64,000 nt of DNA from Candidatus Aminicenantes bacterium (GCA_016927475.1 JAFGMO010000012.1:21287-85286), one strand, 5' to 3'; shown: positions 38,906 through 47,531, counted from the stretch's first letter. Translations and numbers: made by a program. The notes: generated from the sequence alone by a model not told the origin.

Positions 38906-40273
38906 ATGGAAAATCAAATTTCTATAAAAAGAGAAGGTTTTGGTACAAAATTCGGAGCTATCGCTGCGGCTGCAGGAGCAGCTGTCGGAATCGGCAACAT
39001 CTGGAATTTCCCTTATCTTACAGGTAAAAATGGTGGTGGAGCTTTCATTGTCATCTACATTTTTTGTGTTCTTTTAATCGGTATTCCGATTATGATTTCC
39101 GAATTTATTTTAGGAAAAAGAGGACAAAAGAACATGGTAGGCTCTTTTAAGACTCTTGCTCCAAACTCAAAATGGCACTGGGTAGGATGGTTCTGTGTTG
39201 TTGCGTGTTTCCTCATACTCGGATTCTACGGTGTTGTTGCAGGATGGAGTTTTGCTCATGTTGCAGAGGCTATTGGCGGCATTTTTAACGGCCTTAATGC
39301 TGAACAGATAGGGGATAAATTTACTAGACACATAACACATCCTATATGGCCTATCTTCTGGCATTTTATTTTTATGGGTGCAACTGCAGGTATCGTTATA
39401 TGCGGCATCAGAAAAGGGATCGAAAAATTCTCAAAGATTTTTATGCCGGTTCTGTTTGTTCTTCTTATGATTCTTGCTATAAGATCGATCACTCTTCAAG
39501 GGGCTTCCGATGGTCTTAAATTTATTTTTAAACCCGATTTTTCTCAGGTTAGTGCTAAAACCATACTTATTGCCTTAGGAGCTGCATTCTTCTCAATTGG
39601 TGTGGGTAACGGTGTTATGGTGACCTTCGGTTCATACCTGAGAAGAGATACAGAACTTGGAAACACAGCGTTTCAGGTTTCCATGACTGATACTATCATT
39701 GCAATTATTGCAGGTGTCGCAATTTTCCCCGCAGTTTTCGCTCTTGGATTTGAACCAACTCAGAGCTCTGGTCTTGCTTTTATTACTGTTCCAGCTGTAT
39801 TTCAGAGTATTCCAGGCGGAGCAGTAGCGCACTACTTTTTTACACTTGTCTTCTTTATCCTGCTTTCAATTGCGGCACTCACATCTTCCGTTGCAACCCT
39901 CGAGGTAGTGGTAGCTTATTTTACAGAAGAGTTTAAGGTAAAGAGAATAGGTGCTGCTTTAGTGATTTCCGGAATAATGTTTCTTATTGGTATCCCCTGT
40001 GCCCTCTCAATAGGTGCTGTACAAATTAACCTTTTTGGAGTTGGATTCTTCGATTTTATCATTTTCCTTGTTGAAGCTATCTTCCTGCCGGTTGGCGGAC
40101 TTATGATAGTTATCTTTGTAGGCTGGCGTCTCAAAAAGAAAGATATTGAAGAAACATTAAGTGCCAATGGAGTAAAAGCTTGGTATCAGGATAGTTGCCT
40201 TTTATTAATAAGATTTATTGTCCCAGTAGTTATTGTTGCAGTTCTTGTTAAAACTTTTATTGATGCTTTCTAA
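38906..40273 (+). CDS. neurotransmitter:sodium symporter (NSS/SNF, SLC6-like) family transporter
   Basis: N-terminal NSS signature (GFGTKFGAIAAAAGAAVGIGNIWNFPYLTGKNGGGAF) and 11-12 TM segments. Confidence 0.85.
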   Translation: MENQISIKREGFGTKFGAIAAAAGAAVGIGNIWNFPYLTGKNGGGAFIVIYIFCVLLIGIPIMISEFILGKRGQKNMVGSFKTLAPNSKWHWVGWFCVVACFLILGFYGVVAGWSFAHVAEAIGGIFNGLNAEQIGDKFTRHITHPIWPIFWHFIFMGATAGIVICGIRKGIEKFSKIFMPVLFVLLMILAIRSITLQGASDGLKFIFKPDFSQVSAKTILIALGAAFFSIGVGNGVMVTFGSYLRRDTELGNTAFQVSMTDTIIAIIAGVAIFPAVFALGFEPTQSSGLAFITVPAVFQSIPGGAVAHYFFTLVFFILLSIAALTSSVATLEVVVAYFTEEFKVKRIGAALVISGIMFLIGIPCALSIGAVQINLFGVGFFDFIIFLVEAIFLPVGGLMIVIFVGWRLKKKDIEETLSANGVKAWYQDSCLLLIRFIVPVVIVAVLVKTFIDAF

Positions 40274-40274
40274 C

Positions 40275-40527
40275 CTGCATTATTCATAAATTTGGCCGAC
40301 ACCGACAGATAATTCCAATATTATGTGTCATTTAATGATGATCTTAGGTAAAATTGATAATGAAACATTTTCCATGACCATTTTCAAGAAAATGTCGGCC
40401 ATATTTACCCTACGGGCGAGCCGCTCTTACCACATCTGCTTCGTTTCGATGGACTCGCGGTGCCAAGCACAACTTCATCCATCGACGCCTTGCATCTGCG
40501 GCAAGCTTGGCTCGTGAATAATACAGG
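40275..40527 (+). mobile_element. MITE-like repeat, copy A (complete, 253 bp)
   Basis: Starts CCTGCATTATTCATAAATTTGGCCGACA 1 nt after the NSS stop and ends CTCGTGAATAATACAGG. TIR consensus CCTG(C/T)ATTATTCA. Confidence 0.75.
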
Positions 40528-40727
40528 CTAAATATTTAGTCTGAAAATAAATAAATCTGAATAGAAAGAATTTTGTAAGAAAATGAAGGGGGTCAAATCT
40601 TTGCTCGACTCATTTACCCATATAATAATGGGAAATGATTTGCAATACGGCAGAAGCAAAATCCAGGAATATGAACATATACCATCAATATAAAAAAATA
40701 GATGAGTCAAGCAAAAACTTGGCCCCT

Positions 40728-43370
40728 TTACAGGGTAAAGCGGTAGTTGATCTTGATGAGAAAAATGTTGTCGCCCGGAGCGCGAAGCATGAGGGAGAGG
40801 TCCCGGTCAAAGTCGAAGCTGCCGGGATGGGAATGATCGGCACGGTCCTGCGTCCATACCGCGTAGATAGTGGATCCGGGACGGTATTCCCAGCGCAGAA
40901 TAACCGTTCCTCGAAGGGATTTTAGGTTAAAATCGGGATCACTAAAGGAAAAAGCCGGGCTGGGTCCTGCTCCGTCGGGATCTACGGTATATATTCCCGC
41001 ATCGCGGTTTATTGTTGAAGTCCCTTGTCCGTAGGAGTCGAAATCGAAGGTGAGGGCCGCCCGGAGCTCCTTGTAATTGAAAAAATCACCGGTTCCTAAA
41101 AATGGCTGCAGGTAAGCCTGAAGGCTGAGCCTGGGAGTGAAAATCCAGTTTAAACGGATTTCCATGGAGGCTGTTTCCTGGATAACATCCGAGAGAACGT
41201 ATCGTACGCCGTACGTTTCGATCTTGAGAGGATCGGAAACCTGTCTAATGTACTGTCCGACGGAATGGCGCCAGGAATATTCCGGTACGATGGAAATGTT
41301 GAAATTGGTGCTCGGCTTCCAGCGGATAGAGGCTCCGAAAGAATAATTGTAAGACCCATACGGATGATCCCGGTAGTGCCCGAAAAGCCCAAAAACCAGG
41401 CGGCGGCGGTTGTCGCTGGTAATGCTGGGCTGGATGGAAGCTCCCCAGGGATAAGCGGCCAATGGGCCTCCCCTTGTTAAATAATGGCTGGTTCTATTGG
41501 GGTCGTAGCTCAAATACAGGTTTCCCGTCCAGTAATTTAAAAGTTGAGCCGTGGCATTAAGGATATAGTTTTCGTCCGTCCGTATCCCACCGAAATCATA
41601 GCTGCGCAAGGCGGCAAAGGTCACCTTCCAGTTGCGGAAAAATCTGCCCGGATGAAAAGACTGGTATCCCAGCTCCACATGGCCGTTTATAACATCTCCT
41701 CTGGTGTGGTAACCCAGGTCTACCGCATGAAACCCAGGGGACATGGCGCCTAGAGCCGCGTTGAAGACAAAAGGTCCTTTTTGTTTGTTGACAAAAAACC
41801 GTCCGGCCCAGCCGTTAAGGGTGGTGGCATTGGGATCATAATCCACATAATCAACATCCGGCCGCTGATAATAATGGAGGGAGGACAACTGCAAATGGGA
41901 GATGGCTTCCTGAGATCCGGAAACCGTTGTTCCCCCGAACCAGCCTGTGAGAACCCAGGTGCGGCCGCGGTCGAGAAAAGTCCATCCGTCGAGACCGAAG
42001 CAGAAGGCGCTTTTGGGTATGAGTCCCTGGAGGGAATCCACCCTGAGGTCACGCCAGGTGCTTGTGGCGATAAATCCCAGGCCCCGGAATCCTCCTCCCA
42101 TTTCTTTAAGCGCTCTCACCACACCGTAGGAAGAAAAGGGCTCTACTTCATGGGAGAAGCGATCCTCCCCGTTATCAATAAGGGCATATTCCCTTTGGGT
42201 GAGGGCGGTCATCACTCCCAGATTCCATCCGTCTCCCATCTTGCTTGTTATTTTGGCCGCTCCCAGGATGGTTGCCCAGTCAGGGGAGGCGGTAAATCCG
42301 GGGAACGGTACGCTGCCTTGGGGTGAACGTCCGATACGCCGGCTGTAGAAAAAACTGGGATCGCTCCAACCCAGGTTCCGCTGCACATTGGCACCTCCGT
42401 TGCCGAAGCGGAAAATATCAGCGCCTTCGACAAAAAACGGCCGTTTTTCCTCATAATAGGTTTCCTGGTCGCTGATGTTGATCACGGCCGGATCAACCTC
42501 CACCTGGCCGAAGTCAGGATTCACACTTAGGTTCAGGGTCAGGTGGCTCTGAAGAGCGGATTTTACGTCGAATCCGAAGTTTCCGGCAAAATCCGATCCC
42601 GTGCGGAACGGATCGCCGGGAACAGCGGGGCTGAATTCAGCGCGTCCCGCTGTGTAGGGCAAAACTTCGACCAGACGGCGGGGTTGGAGACCGCTCAAGC
42701 CTGTCAAATCGGCAAAACGGGAAACATATCCGCTCTCTTCCTTGGGAATCCAGGAGTAGACCGCCTTTTCGTTTTTTCGCTTGATGGTTCTGAAAAAATT
42801 CACACCCCAGATGGTGCTTTCTTTTTTCTGAAAATGAAGCTGGTGGAAGGGGATGCGAATTTCAGCGGTCCATCCTTGATCGTCGATGCGGACGGCAACT
42901 TCCCATATCCCGTCCCAGGTTTTGTCTATTCCTTCGTCATTGAACAGGGTCCCATCCTGAATGGTCCCTGCCGGATTGACGGCAAACTGGAATCCGCTGC
43001 GTCTGTCGTGATAGGGGTCAACGGCAAGAACGAACCAGTCCGACTCCACATCTGCATCGCGACGGCCCAGAAGGCTGATGATTCCCTCAGGCTGGTTGTC
43101 GTACAGGCGGGCCGCCACATAAAGACTGCCTTTGTCGAAGGCTACCCAGACAACGGTTTTTTCCGTCGCAGGAGCACCGTCGTCGGGGTCGGACTGACGG
43201 AATCCGGTGACACCTTCGGATTTCCAAACTTCCTCGTTCAAAACGCCGTCTATACGGACCGGAGACTTCGCCCGCACGGCCCGGACCGGAGAAGGAGCCG
43301 GAACAGAATTTTCGGCAAACAGCAGAGTGGTTCCTATTAGGAATAGAATATAAACCAAACGTTTTAACAT
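40728..43370 (-). CDS. secreted CBM9-like + DUF5916 beta-barrel domain protein
   Basis: Signal peptide, N-terminal carbohydrate-binding-family-9-like region (RIDGVLNEEVWKSEGVTGF...) and a long beta-rich C-terminal region typical of DUF5916 proteins. Confidence 0.6.
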   Translation of the reverse strand: MLKRLVYILFLIGTTLLFAENSVPAPSPVRAVRAKSPVRIDGVLNEEVWKSEGVTGFRQSDPDDGAPATEKTVVWVAFDKGSLYVAARLYDNQPEGIISLLGRRDADVESDWFVLAVDPYHDRRSGFQFAVNPAGTIQDGTLFNDEGIDKTWDGIWEVAVRIDDQGWTAEIRIPFHQLHFQKKESTIWGVNFFRTIKRKNEKAVYSWIPKEESGYVSRFADLTGLSGLQPRRLVEVLPYTAGRAEFSPAVPGDPFRTGSDFAGNFGFDVKSALQSHLTLNLSVNPDFGQVEVDPAVINISDQETYYEEKRPFFVEGADIFRFGNGGANVQRNLGWSDPSFFYSRRIGRSPQGSVPFPGFTASPDWATILGAAKITSKMGDGWNLGVMTALTQREYALIDNGEDRFSHEVEPFSSYGVVRALKEMGGGFRGLGFIATSTWRDLRVDSLQGLIPKSAFCFGLDGWTFLDRGRTWVLTGWFGGTTVSGSQEAISHLQLSSLHYYQRPDVDYVDYDPNATTLNGWAGRFFVNKQKGPFVFNAALGAMSPGFHAVDLGYHTRGDVINGHVELGYQSFHPGRFFRNWKVTFAALRSYDFGGIRTDENYILNATAQLLNYWTGNLYLSYDPNRTSHYLTRGGPLAAYPWGASIQPSITSDNRRRLVFGLFGHYRDHPYGSYNYSFGASIRWKPSTNFNISIVPEYSWRHSVGQYIRQVSDPLKIETYGVRYVLSDVIQETASMEIRLNWIFTPRLSLQAYLQPFLGTGDFFNYKELRAALTFDFDSYGQGTSTINRDAGIYTVDPDGAGPSPAFSFSDPDFNLKSLRGTVILRWEYRPGSTIYAVWTQDRADHSHPGSFDFDRDLSLMLRAPGDNIFLIKINYRFTL

Positions 43371-43420
43371 CAGAACGGAAGATTATAACAAATTCAAGAA
43401 AAAAGGACCTGCACTTTTCT

Positions 43421-43936
43421 GTGCCCGGGAAAGATGGCGGAATCAGCTACGCAACAATGCATATTGCATATTCACATTATGAAATAAAGATTGTTGATCA
43501 AAAATCGCTGAAAACAGTTTTAAGTTTTGGTGCCGAGGAACTAAAAAACGCACTCGATACCCATGGCCATATAGCTGTTTATGGGATTCATTTCCATAGT
43601 GACAGCGATACTCTCCAGGTGGGAGCAGCCAAAATCCTGGAAGAATTTGCCAGGCTCATGATCCTTTGCCCTAATCTCAAAATCGAAATTCAGGGCCATA
43701 CCGATAACACCGGTGCTGCCGCTCATAATCTTGAACTTTCAAACAGGCGGGCCCGGACAGTTCAGAAATTTATTTTGCTCTATGGAATCGATCCGTCGCG
43801 AATGAAGGCCAAAGGATATGGCGTGACCAAACCGGTAGACACCAATGATACTGAGGAGGGCAAAGCCAAAAATCGCCGCGTGGAACTGGTTAAAATCAAG
43901 AAAAAAGAAAGACTGGCAGCGTTGGGAATATTTTAA
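43421..43936 (+). CDS. OmpA/MotB-like peptidoglycan-binding domain protein, no signal peptide; possibly a remnant
   Basis: C-terminal OmpA-like motif (IEIQGHTDNTGAAAHNLELSNRRARTV...GYGVTKPVDTN...NRRVEL). GTG start, no signal peptide or membrane anchor. Confidence 0.5.
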   Translation: MPGKDGGISYATMHIAYSHYEIKIVDQKSLKTVLSFGAEELKNALDTHGHIAVYGIHFHSDSDTLQVGAAKILEEFARLMILCPNLKIEIQGHTDNTGAAAHNLELSNRRARTVQKFILLYGIDPSRMKAKGYGVTKPVDTNDTEEGKAKNRRVELVKIKKKERLAALGIF

Positions 43937-44106
43937 ATCCACACTTCCTGTGCTGTGATTTCTGAAACGAACGGTGACCTGCTCCCCGACATTGCTACAC
44001 ATATAAAGTGAGAGCACCGAGCTCGATAGCCTCTGGAGCTGGTGGGCTGTATCCCAGAGAACTGTGAGGCCGGAACTTATTGTATTCCCTTCTCCAGCTC
44101 TCTGTA

Positions 44107-44184
44107 CACACATAACGTCAAAGCTCACCGGCGGCAATGGAGCGCAGCGGAATTGCCTGTCCGAGTTGATGCGTTTGTTATGTG
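44107..44184 (-). other. attC-like recombination site (attC-L2), minus-strand polarity
   Basis: Minus strand reads ACATAAC-AAACGCATCAACTC...GGCAAT/ATTGCC centre...GAGCTTTGACGTTATGT. R'' ACATAAC pairs with R' GTTATGT, with imperfect L''/L' bulges. It begins 2 nt after the TPR gene stop. Confidence 0.55.
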
Positions 44185-44185
44185 T

Positions 44186-44881
44186 TCACTTCTTTTCCAT
44201 TATTTTCTTTTTCAATTCTAATAAGTTGGCGTTATTTGGCTCCACTTCTAATCCTTCATTGATGAATTCCAAAGCCAAATCATAATTACCCTGCTCAAAA
44301 AATATTTGAGATAATCGCAAAGATTTGGCTATAGAATGCTTCTTAACATCTTCTGGGGAAACGCCACGTAAAGTTGGTTCATAAGTATCTATACTTTCCT
44401 GTGCCAATGATAGATATTTTTCAAATTTCGTCGGAGATGCAGAATACATGAGGTTATGTGTAGTGTTACCTATCATAAAATCAATAAATAATATTTTTGT
44501 GCCTTTGAAAGTAAATGTTCTCTTCACGGCTGGTTTGCCAGCAAACGCGATCTTTTCTATATTAGTATTGGTCCCGATCTTTTTTTCTATTCCTTTAATT
44601 TCTTCTAACATTTCTTCAAAGCTGTTGTAATCAAGTCCTTTTGCTAGGACTCTTAGTTCAACACCATCAGGGGCAATAAAGGCGACCTTTCCACGAGGGT
44701 CTTGCGGATATTGCTGTATCCGCCACCCATCTGGAGGAACAATTTTGAAATAACCATTAGGATCGGAATATCGACTTTTTGCGAGTGTAGCTGTTTTGCT
44801 CTGCGCATTAGCGCTTCCGATTAGCTGAAAAACAAAAAACAATGAAATAATTGTAACACTTGCGAACTTGAATTTTTTCAT
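44186..44881 (-). CDS. TPR-repeat lipoprotein/secreted protein (integron cassette L2)
   Basis: Signal peptide MKKFKFASVTIISLFFVFQLIGSANAQ and C-terminal TPR-like helices. ATG 44881 with AAGGAG lies directly after the R' box of attC-L1. Low GC (~40%). Confidence 0.55.
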   Translation of the reverse strand: MKKFKFASVTIISLFFVFQLIGSANAQSKTATLAKSRYSDPNGYFKIVPPDGWRIQQYPQDPRGKVAFIAPDGVELRVLAKGLDYNSFEEMLEEIKGIEKKIGTNTNIEKIAFAGKPAVKRTFTFKGTKILFIDFMIGNTTHNLMYSASPTKFEKYLSLAQESIDTYEPTLRGVSPEDVKKHSIAKSLRLSQIFFEQGNYDLALEFINEGLEVEPNNANLLELKKKIMEKK

Positions 44882-44895
44882 GTTTATCTCCTTTT

Positions 44896-44981
44896 CACAT
44901 AACACGGGCGTTGAGCTGCGAGGGCCGCGCCTACTCTGAGACGGGGCGCGGACCTCGTCTGCTCCAACGCCTTGTTAGCCG
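44896..44981 (-). other. attC-like recombination site (attC-L1), minus-strand polarity
   Basis: Minus strand reads GGCTAACAAGGCGTTGGAGC...CCGCGCC/GGCGCGG centre...GCTCAACGCCCGTGTTATGT. L'' GGCGTTGGAGC pairs with L' GCTCAACGCC leaving one extrahelical G. The 5' arm resembles the aadA attC (CTAACAA..CGTT..AAGC). R' is GTTATGT. Confidence 0.6.
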
Positions 44982-44990
44982 ACAGCGCAC

Positions 44991-45848
44991 CTACTCGAAG
45001 CCCTGAGGCTCGTACTGCGGGGTCCAGGGCGCAACGCCCTCAACCGCACGTAGAGTGACTCGAAACCGCTGCGGGTAACTGGGATCCCTGCGTGACTTCG
45101 GAATCTCGACGATCGCTACTCCGCGGGACAGCATCGTCTGAAACGTGTAGGCGAGGGTGTTTTCCACGAAGGCTAGCACGTGTCGGCACATGGCAGCCAC
45201 CCACTGGGACACCGGCACGCCATCAACAGGCGGCTCGATCATCGACACTCCCCCCTCAGGCGTAGGCGGGTACTTGACGTCCGGGAGGACCCAGCCCTCA
45301 TGCTCGAGAGCATTGCGACGATCAATGAGACCTTGGGACCAGTCTTGTCGGGCAAGCCGGAAGTACTCGACCAGAGGTTCGTGGCCGGCGGAAGCCAGTA
45401 CAGTCATGCGGCGCTCGAAGTTCGCATCATTAGCGAAGAAGCCCCCTATGTCCAAGCCGAGATGCGCCGTCACCTTTTGCAGCGACTTTGCAGCCCGGAC
45501 CGCGCTATTCAGGAAGCGAGATAGGAGGTCACGGAGGTCATGGTGAATAGCTTCGTGGATCTCGATAGCGTTTCGTTGGCGGCCTACGATCTCGCCTGAT
45601 AGCAGCTTCGCGCGGTGACCCTCTACAAGGGTGTGCAGGGTTTTTGCAGCCTTTCGCATCGCGAACATCTCGTTCAACACAGCCTCGTACAACTCGTCGA
45701 ATGCCAGGCGGCGTGCCTCGCGCTCTCGGTGGGAGATATCGAGAGCGTTGAGGTAATGATCGCGGAGTTCCATCATGCCGCTCATCAAGCGTGCGATGAA
45801 GGGTTTGGCAGTGCCCTCGTCAAGCGCCTTCTGGATCGTCCACTTCAT
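44991..45848 (-). CDS. hypothetical protein (integron cassette L1), high GC
   Basis: 285-aa ORF with no family recognised; there is an Rx5H stretch (RQRNAIEIHEAIHH) reminiscent of HEPN. ATG 45848 lies 5 nt from the GTTAGCC core that terminates the left 140-bp repeat. Confidence 0.4.
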   Translation of the reverse strand: MKWTIQKALDEGTAKPFIARLMSGMMELRDHYLNALDISHREREARRLAFDELYEAVLNEMFAMRKAAKTLHTLVEGHRAKLLSGEIVGRQRNAIEIHEAIHHDLRDLLSRFLNSAVRAAKSLQKVTAHLGLDIGGFFANDANFERRMTVLASAGHEPLVEYFRLARQDWSQGLIDRRNALEHEGWVLPDVKYPPTPEGGVSMIEPPVDGVPVSQWVAAMCRHVLAFVENTLAYTFQTMLSRGVAIVEIPKSRRDPSYPQRFRVTLRAVEGVAPWTPQYEPQGFE

Positions 45849-45855
45849 GCTCGGC

Positions 45856-45996
45856 TAACTATTAATATACAGCATGCTGTATTTGACACAAATTTCCCTC
45901 AATTAACGTCGTATATTATGTGATATCATCGGATATCCCCGCAAAATTGCTGTCTTAGTTTATAATTATCCTGCTTATATTGCAAGTCGTATATTC
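45856..45996. repeat. left copy of a 140-bp inverted repeat pair (candidate attI/Pc module)
   Basis: Reverse-complement of 46643-46782 with about 8 mismatches. Its outer end is GTTA (GTTAGCC on the minus strand). It contains the 18-bp palindrome TATACAGCATGCTGTATA and an outward TATATT. Confidence 0.85.
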
Positions 45997-46028
45997 GATG
46001 GACCTGTTATCCTCTTGAGAGGAATCAA

Positions 46029-46513
46029 TTGAACAATCAACACAAAAATCTTGAGGAGTTTGAAGATTTTATCAAGCGTTTCCATCTTGTTCCCCTAGAG
46101 AAAGCCCGATTTTATGTTTATTGGGTAGAACGATTTATGAAATATTATAAATATAGAACTTCCAAAACGGTGGGAAATATCCTAATGCCAACAAGGAATG
46201 GCCCTGGCAGTGGGTATTTCCCTCGAAAAGCCTTGTGGTGCATCCTAAGAGCGGAAAGCTCTTGCGTCATCATATCCAACCAAGCTTGCTTCAGAGAAAG
46301 ATCAAAAAAGCTGTAAGAAATTCTGATATTTCCAAACCGGCAAGCTGTCATACGCTTCGGCACAGTTTCGCCACTCATCTGCTGGAGGCAGGACATAATA
46401 TCCGAACGATTCAGGAACTCATGGGACATAAAAACGTCAATACCACGATGATATACACTCATGTTGTTCGTAAGAGCTATTCGGATGTTTCCAGCCCTTT
46501 GGACAAACTATAG
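46029..46513 (+). pseudogene. intI: integron integrase (IntI-type tyrosine recombinase) pseudogene with internal deletion
   Basis: The N-terminal segment (EKARFYVYWVERFMKYY) matches the IntI SAM-like N-domain (EQAYVHWVRAFIRFH). A C-terminal segment in another frame ([17 protein letters not shown]...[72 protein letters not shown]...VSSPLDKL) aligns with IntI1 residues ~230-320, including the catalytic Tyr. About 160 central residues, including the catalytic R/K box and the IntI-specific insert, are missing. Confidence 0.7.
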
Positions 46514-46642
46514 AGAAATGATGGCGTGCAGCTAGAGAAAAAAGGCTTCTATCAATTTCTCATCCTAGGATTTTTGTGACAAATTGAAAAGAGTATTTTT
46601 TAGAAATTATTTAGAAAACCTTGAAGGATATTAAAGGAGTTG

Positions 46643-46782
46643 GATATACGACTTGCAATATAAGCAGGATAATTATAAGCTAAGACTGCAATTTTGTGGG
46701 GATATTCGATGATATCACATAATATACGACGTTAATCGAGGGAAATTTGTGTCAAATACGGCATGCTGTATATTAATAGTTA
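46643..46782. repeat. right copy of the 140-bp inverted repeat pair (candidate duplicated attI/Pc module)
   Basis: See the left copy. The outer end is GTTATGT at 46779-46785, where homology with the left copy stops. Confidence 0.85.
46746..46774 (+). promoter_or_regulatory. outward-facing promoter-like element in the right repeat (TTTGTG-N17-TATATT); the mirror copy on the minus strand at 45864-45892 faces cassette L1
   Basis: TATATT at 46769-74 is 34 nt upstream of the DUF4145 ATG, with RBS AGGAATGGAGG. The mirror TATATT at 45869-64 lies 15 nt upstream of ATG 45848. Confidence 0.35.
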
Positions 46783-46808
46783 TGTGAGAGAGGAATGGAG
46801 GCGATACT

Positions 46809-47411
46809 ATGGATATCAATGTGAAGCATTCATGGAAGGCCATCGTAGGCCTATCCTCGCGGGGGTATACGTGCGGATACTGCAATCGCCCCCTCGCGTC
46901 CGAGAAGGGATGGCATTCGAACAATTCCGGTTTCATCTATGTCTGCCATCACTGTACGCGCCCCACCTTCTTCGACTTTCACGGTGAGCAGATCCCGGGT
47001 GTTATGCACGGGAATCCGGTCGGTGACATAACCGACAAGTCAGTTTCCGCCCTTTACGATGAAGCTCGCAGCACAACTCAGGCGAACGCCTACACTGCCA
47101 CGGTTCTCTGCTGCCGGAAGCTCTTGATGCACGTTGCCGTTTCAAAGGGTGCCAAGCTTGGAGAGAGCTTCGCGTTCTACGTCACCTACCTTGCAGAGAA
47201 AAACTTCGTTCCTCCCGACGCAATGGGGTGGATCGATCATATCCGCAAGAAGGGGAACGAAGCGAATCATGAGATCACCATCATGAAAAAGGACGATGCA
47301 GAAGAACTGCTGTCCTTTACGGAGATGCTGCTGAGGATTATCTACGAGTTCCCTGCGATGGTCGCGAAGAAGTACCAGCAAGGACAACAAGGGAAGGGGA
47401 AGACCACATAA
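46809..47411 (+). CDS. zinc-ribbon + DUF4145 domain protein (integron cassette R1)
   Basis: N-terminal CxxC...CxxC (CGYCNRP...CHHCTRP). The C-terminal region matches DUF4145 features (VLCCRKLLMHVA...HIRKKGNEANHE). Confidence 0.55.
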   Translation: MDINVKHSWKAIVGLSSRGYTCGYCNRPLASEKGWHSNNSGFIYVCHHCTRPTFFDFHGEQIPGVMHGNPVGDITDKSVSALYDEARSTTQANAYTATVLCCRKLLMHVAVSKGAKLGESFAFYVTYLAEKNFVPPDAMGWIDHIRKKGNEANHEITIMKKDDAEELLSFTEMLLRIIYEFPAMVAKKYQQGQQGKGKTT

Positions 47412-47427
47412 CAATCGAATCGAACGC

Positions 47428-47496
47428 GACTTAGTGTTAACCGCGCCGCTTCGCTCTGCGGCTAACACTAAGCGGTTCATTCGAGGCGTTATGTCC
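47428..47496 (+). other. candidate short or degenerate attC-like site (attC-R1)
   Basis: Imperfect palindrome CTTAGTGTTAACC-GCGCCGCTTCGCTCTGCG-GCTAACACTAAG (11/12 stem), whose centre GCCGCTTCGC..GCGGCT(T)AAC resembles the aadA attC centre. It is followed by GTTATGT (47489-95), the same R' as attC-L1 and L2. The full fold is unclear. Confidence 0.3.
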
Positions 47497-47531
47497 ATAA
47501 TTGTCATGAATGAATCGAATTATGAGGTTTG

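Noticed and set aside
7538-40527. Interspersed repeats as a CRISPR array
   Set aside because: The copies are 200-250 bp, dispersed over 33 kb at gene ends, and have terminal inverted repeats. There are no regularly spaced short direct repeats or cas genes.
41781-42326. 181-aa and other plus-strand ORFs within 40728-43370
   Set aside because: They are antisense to the DUF5916 gene, which has a signal peptide and conserved domain order.
43421-43936. OmpA-like protein as an outer-membrane porin
   Set aside because: Only the C-terminal peptidoglycan-binding domain is present. There is no beta-barrel and no signal peptide.
45859-45876. TATACAGCATGCTGTATA palindrome as a canonical LexA box
   Set aside because: The half-site order (ACAG..CTGT) is inverted relative to the E. 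coli CTGT-N8-ACAG box, and the LexA motif of this lineage is unknown. It is kept only as a candidate operator.
45615-45923. ORFs reading through the 140-bp inverted repeats (45615-45923 plus strand; 46715-46936 minus strand)
   Set aside because: They share an identical C-terminal peptide because they read the same repeat in mirror. They overlap better-supported genes and have no start-site support.
47425-47475. Hairpin after the DUF4145 gene read as a rho-independent terminator
   Set aside because: No U-tract follows (GGTTCATTCGAGG). Its position, internal bulges and the following GTTATGT box fit a degenerate attC better.
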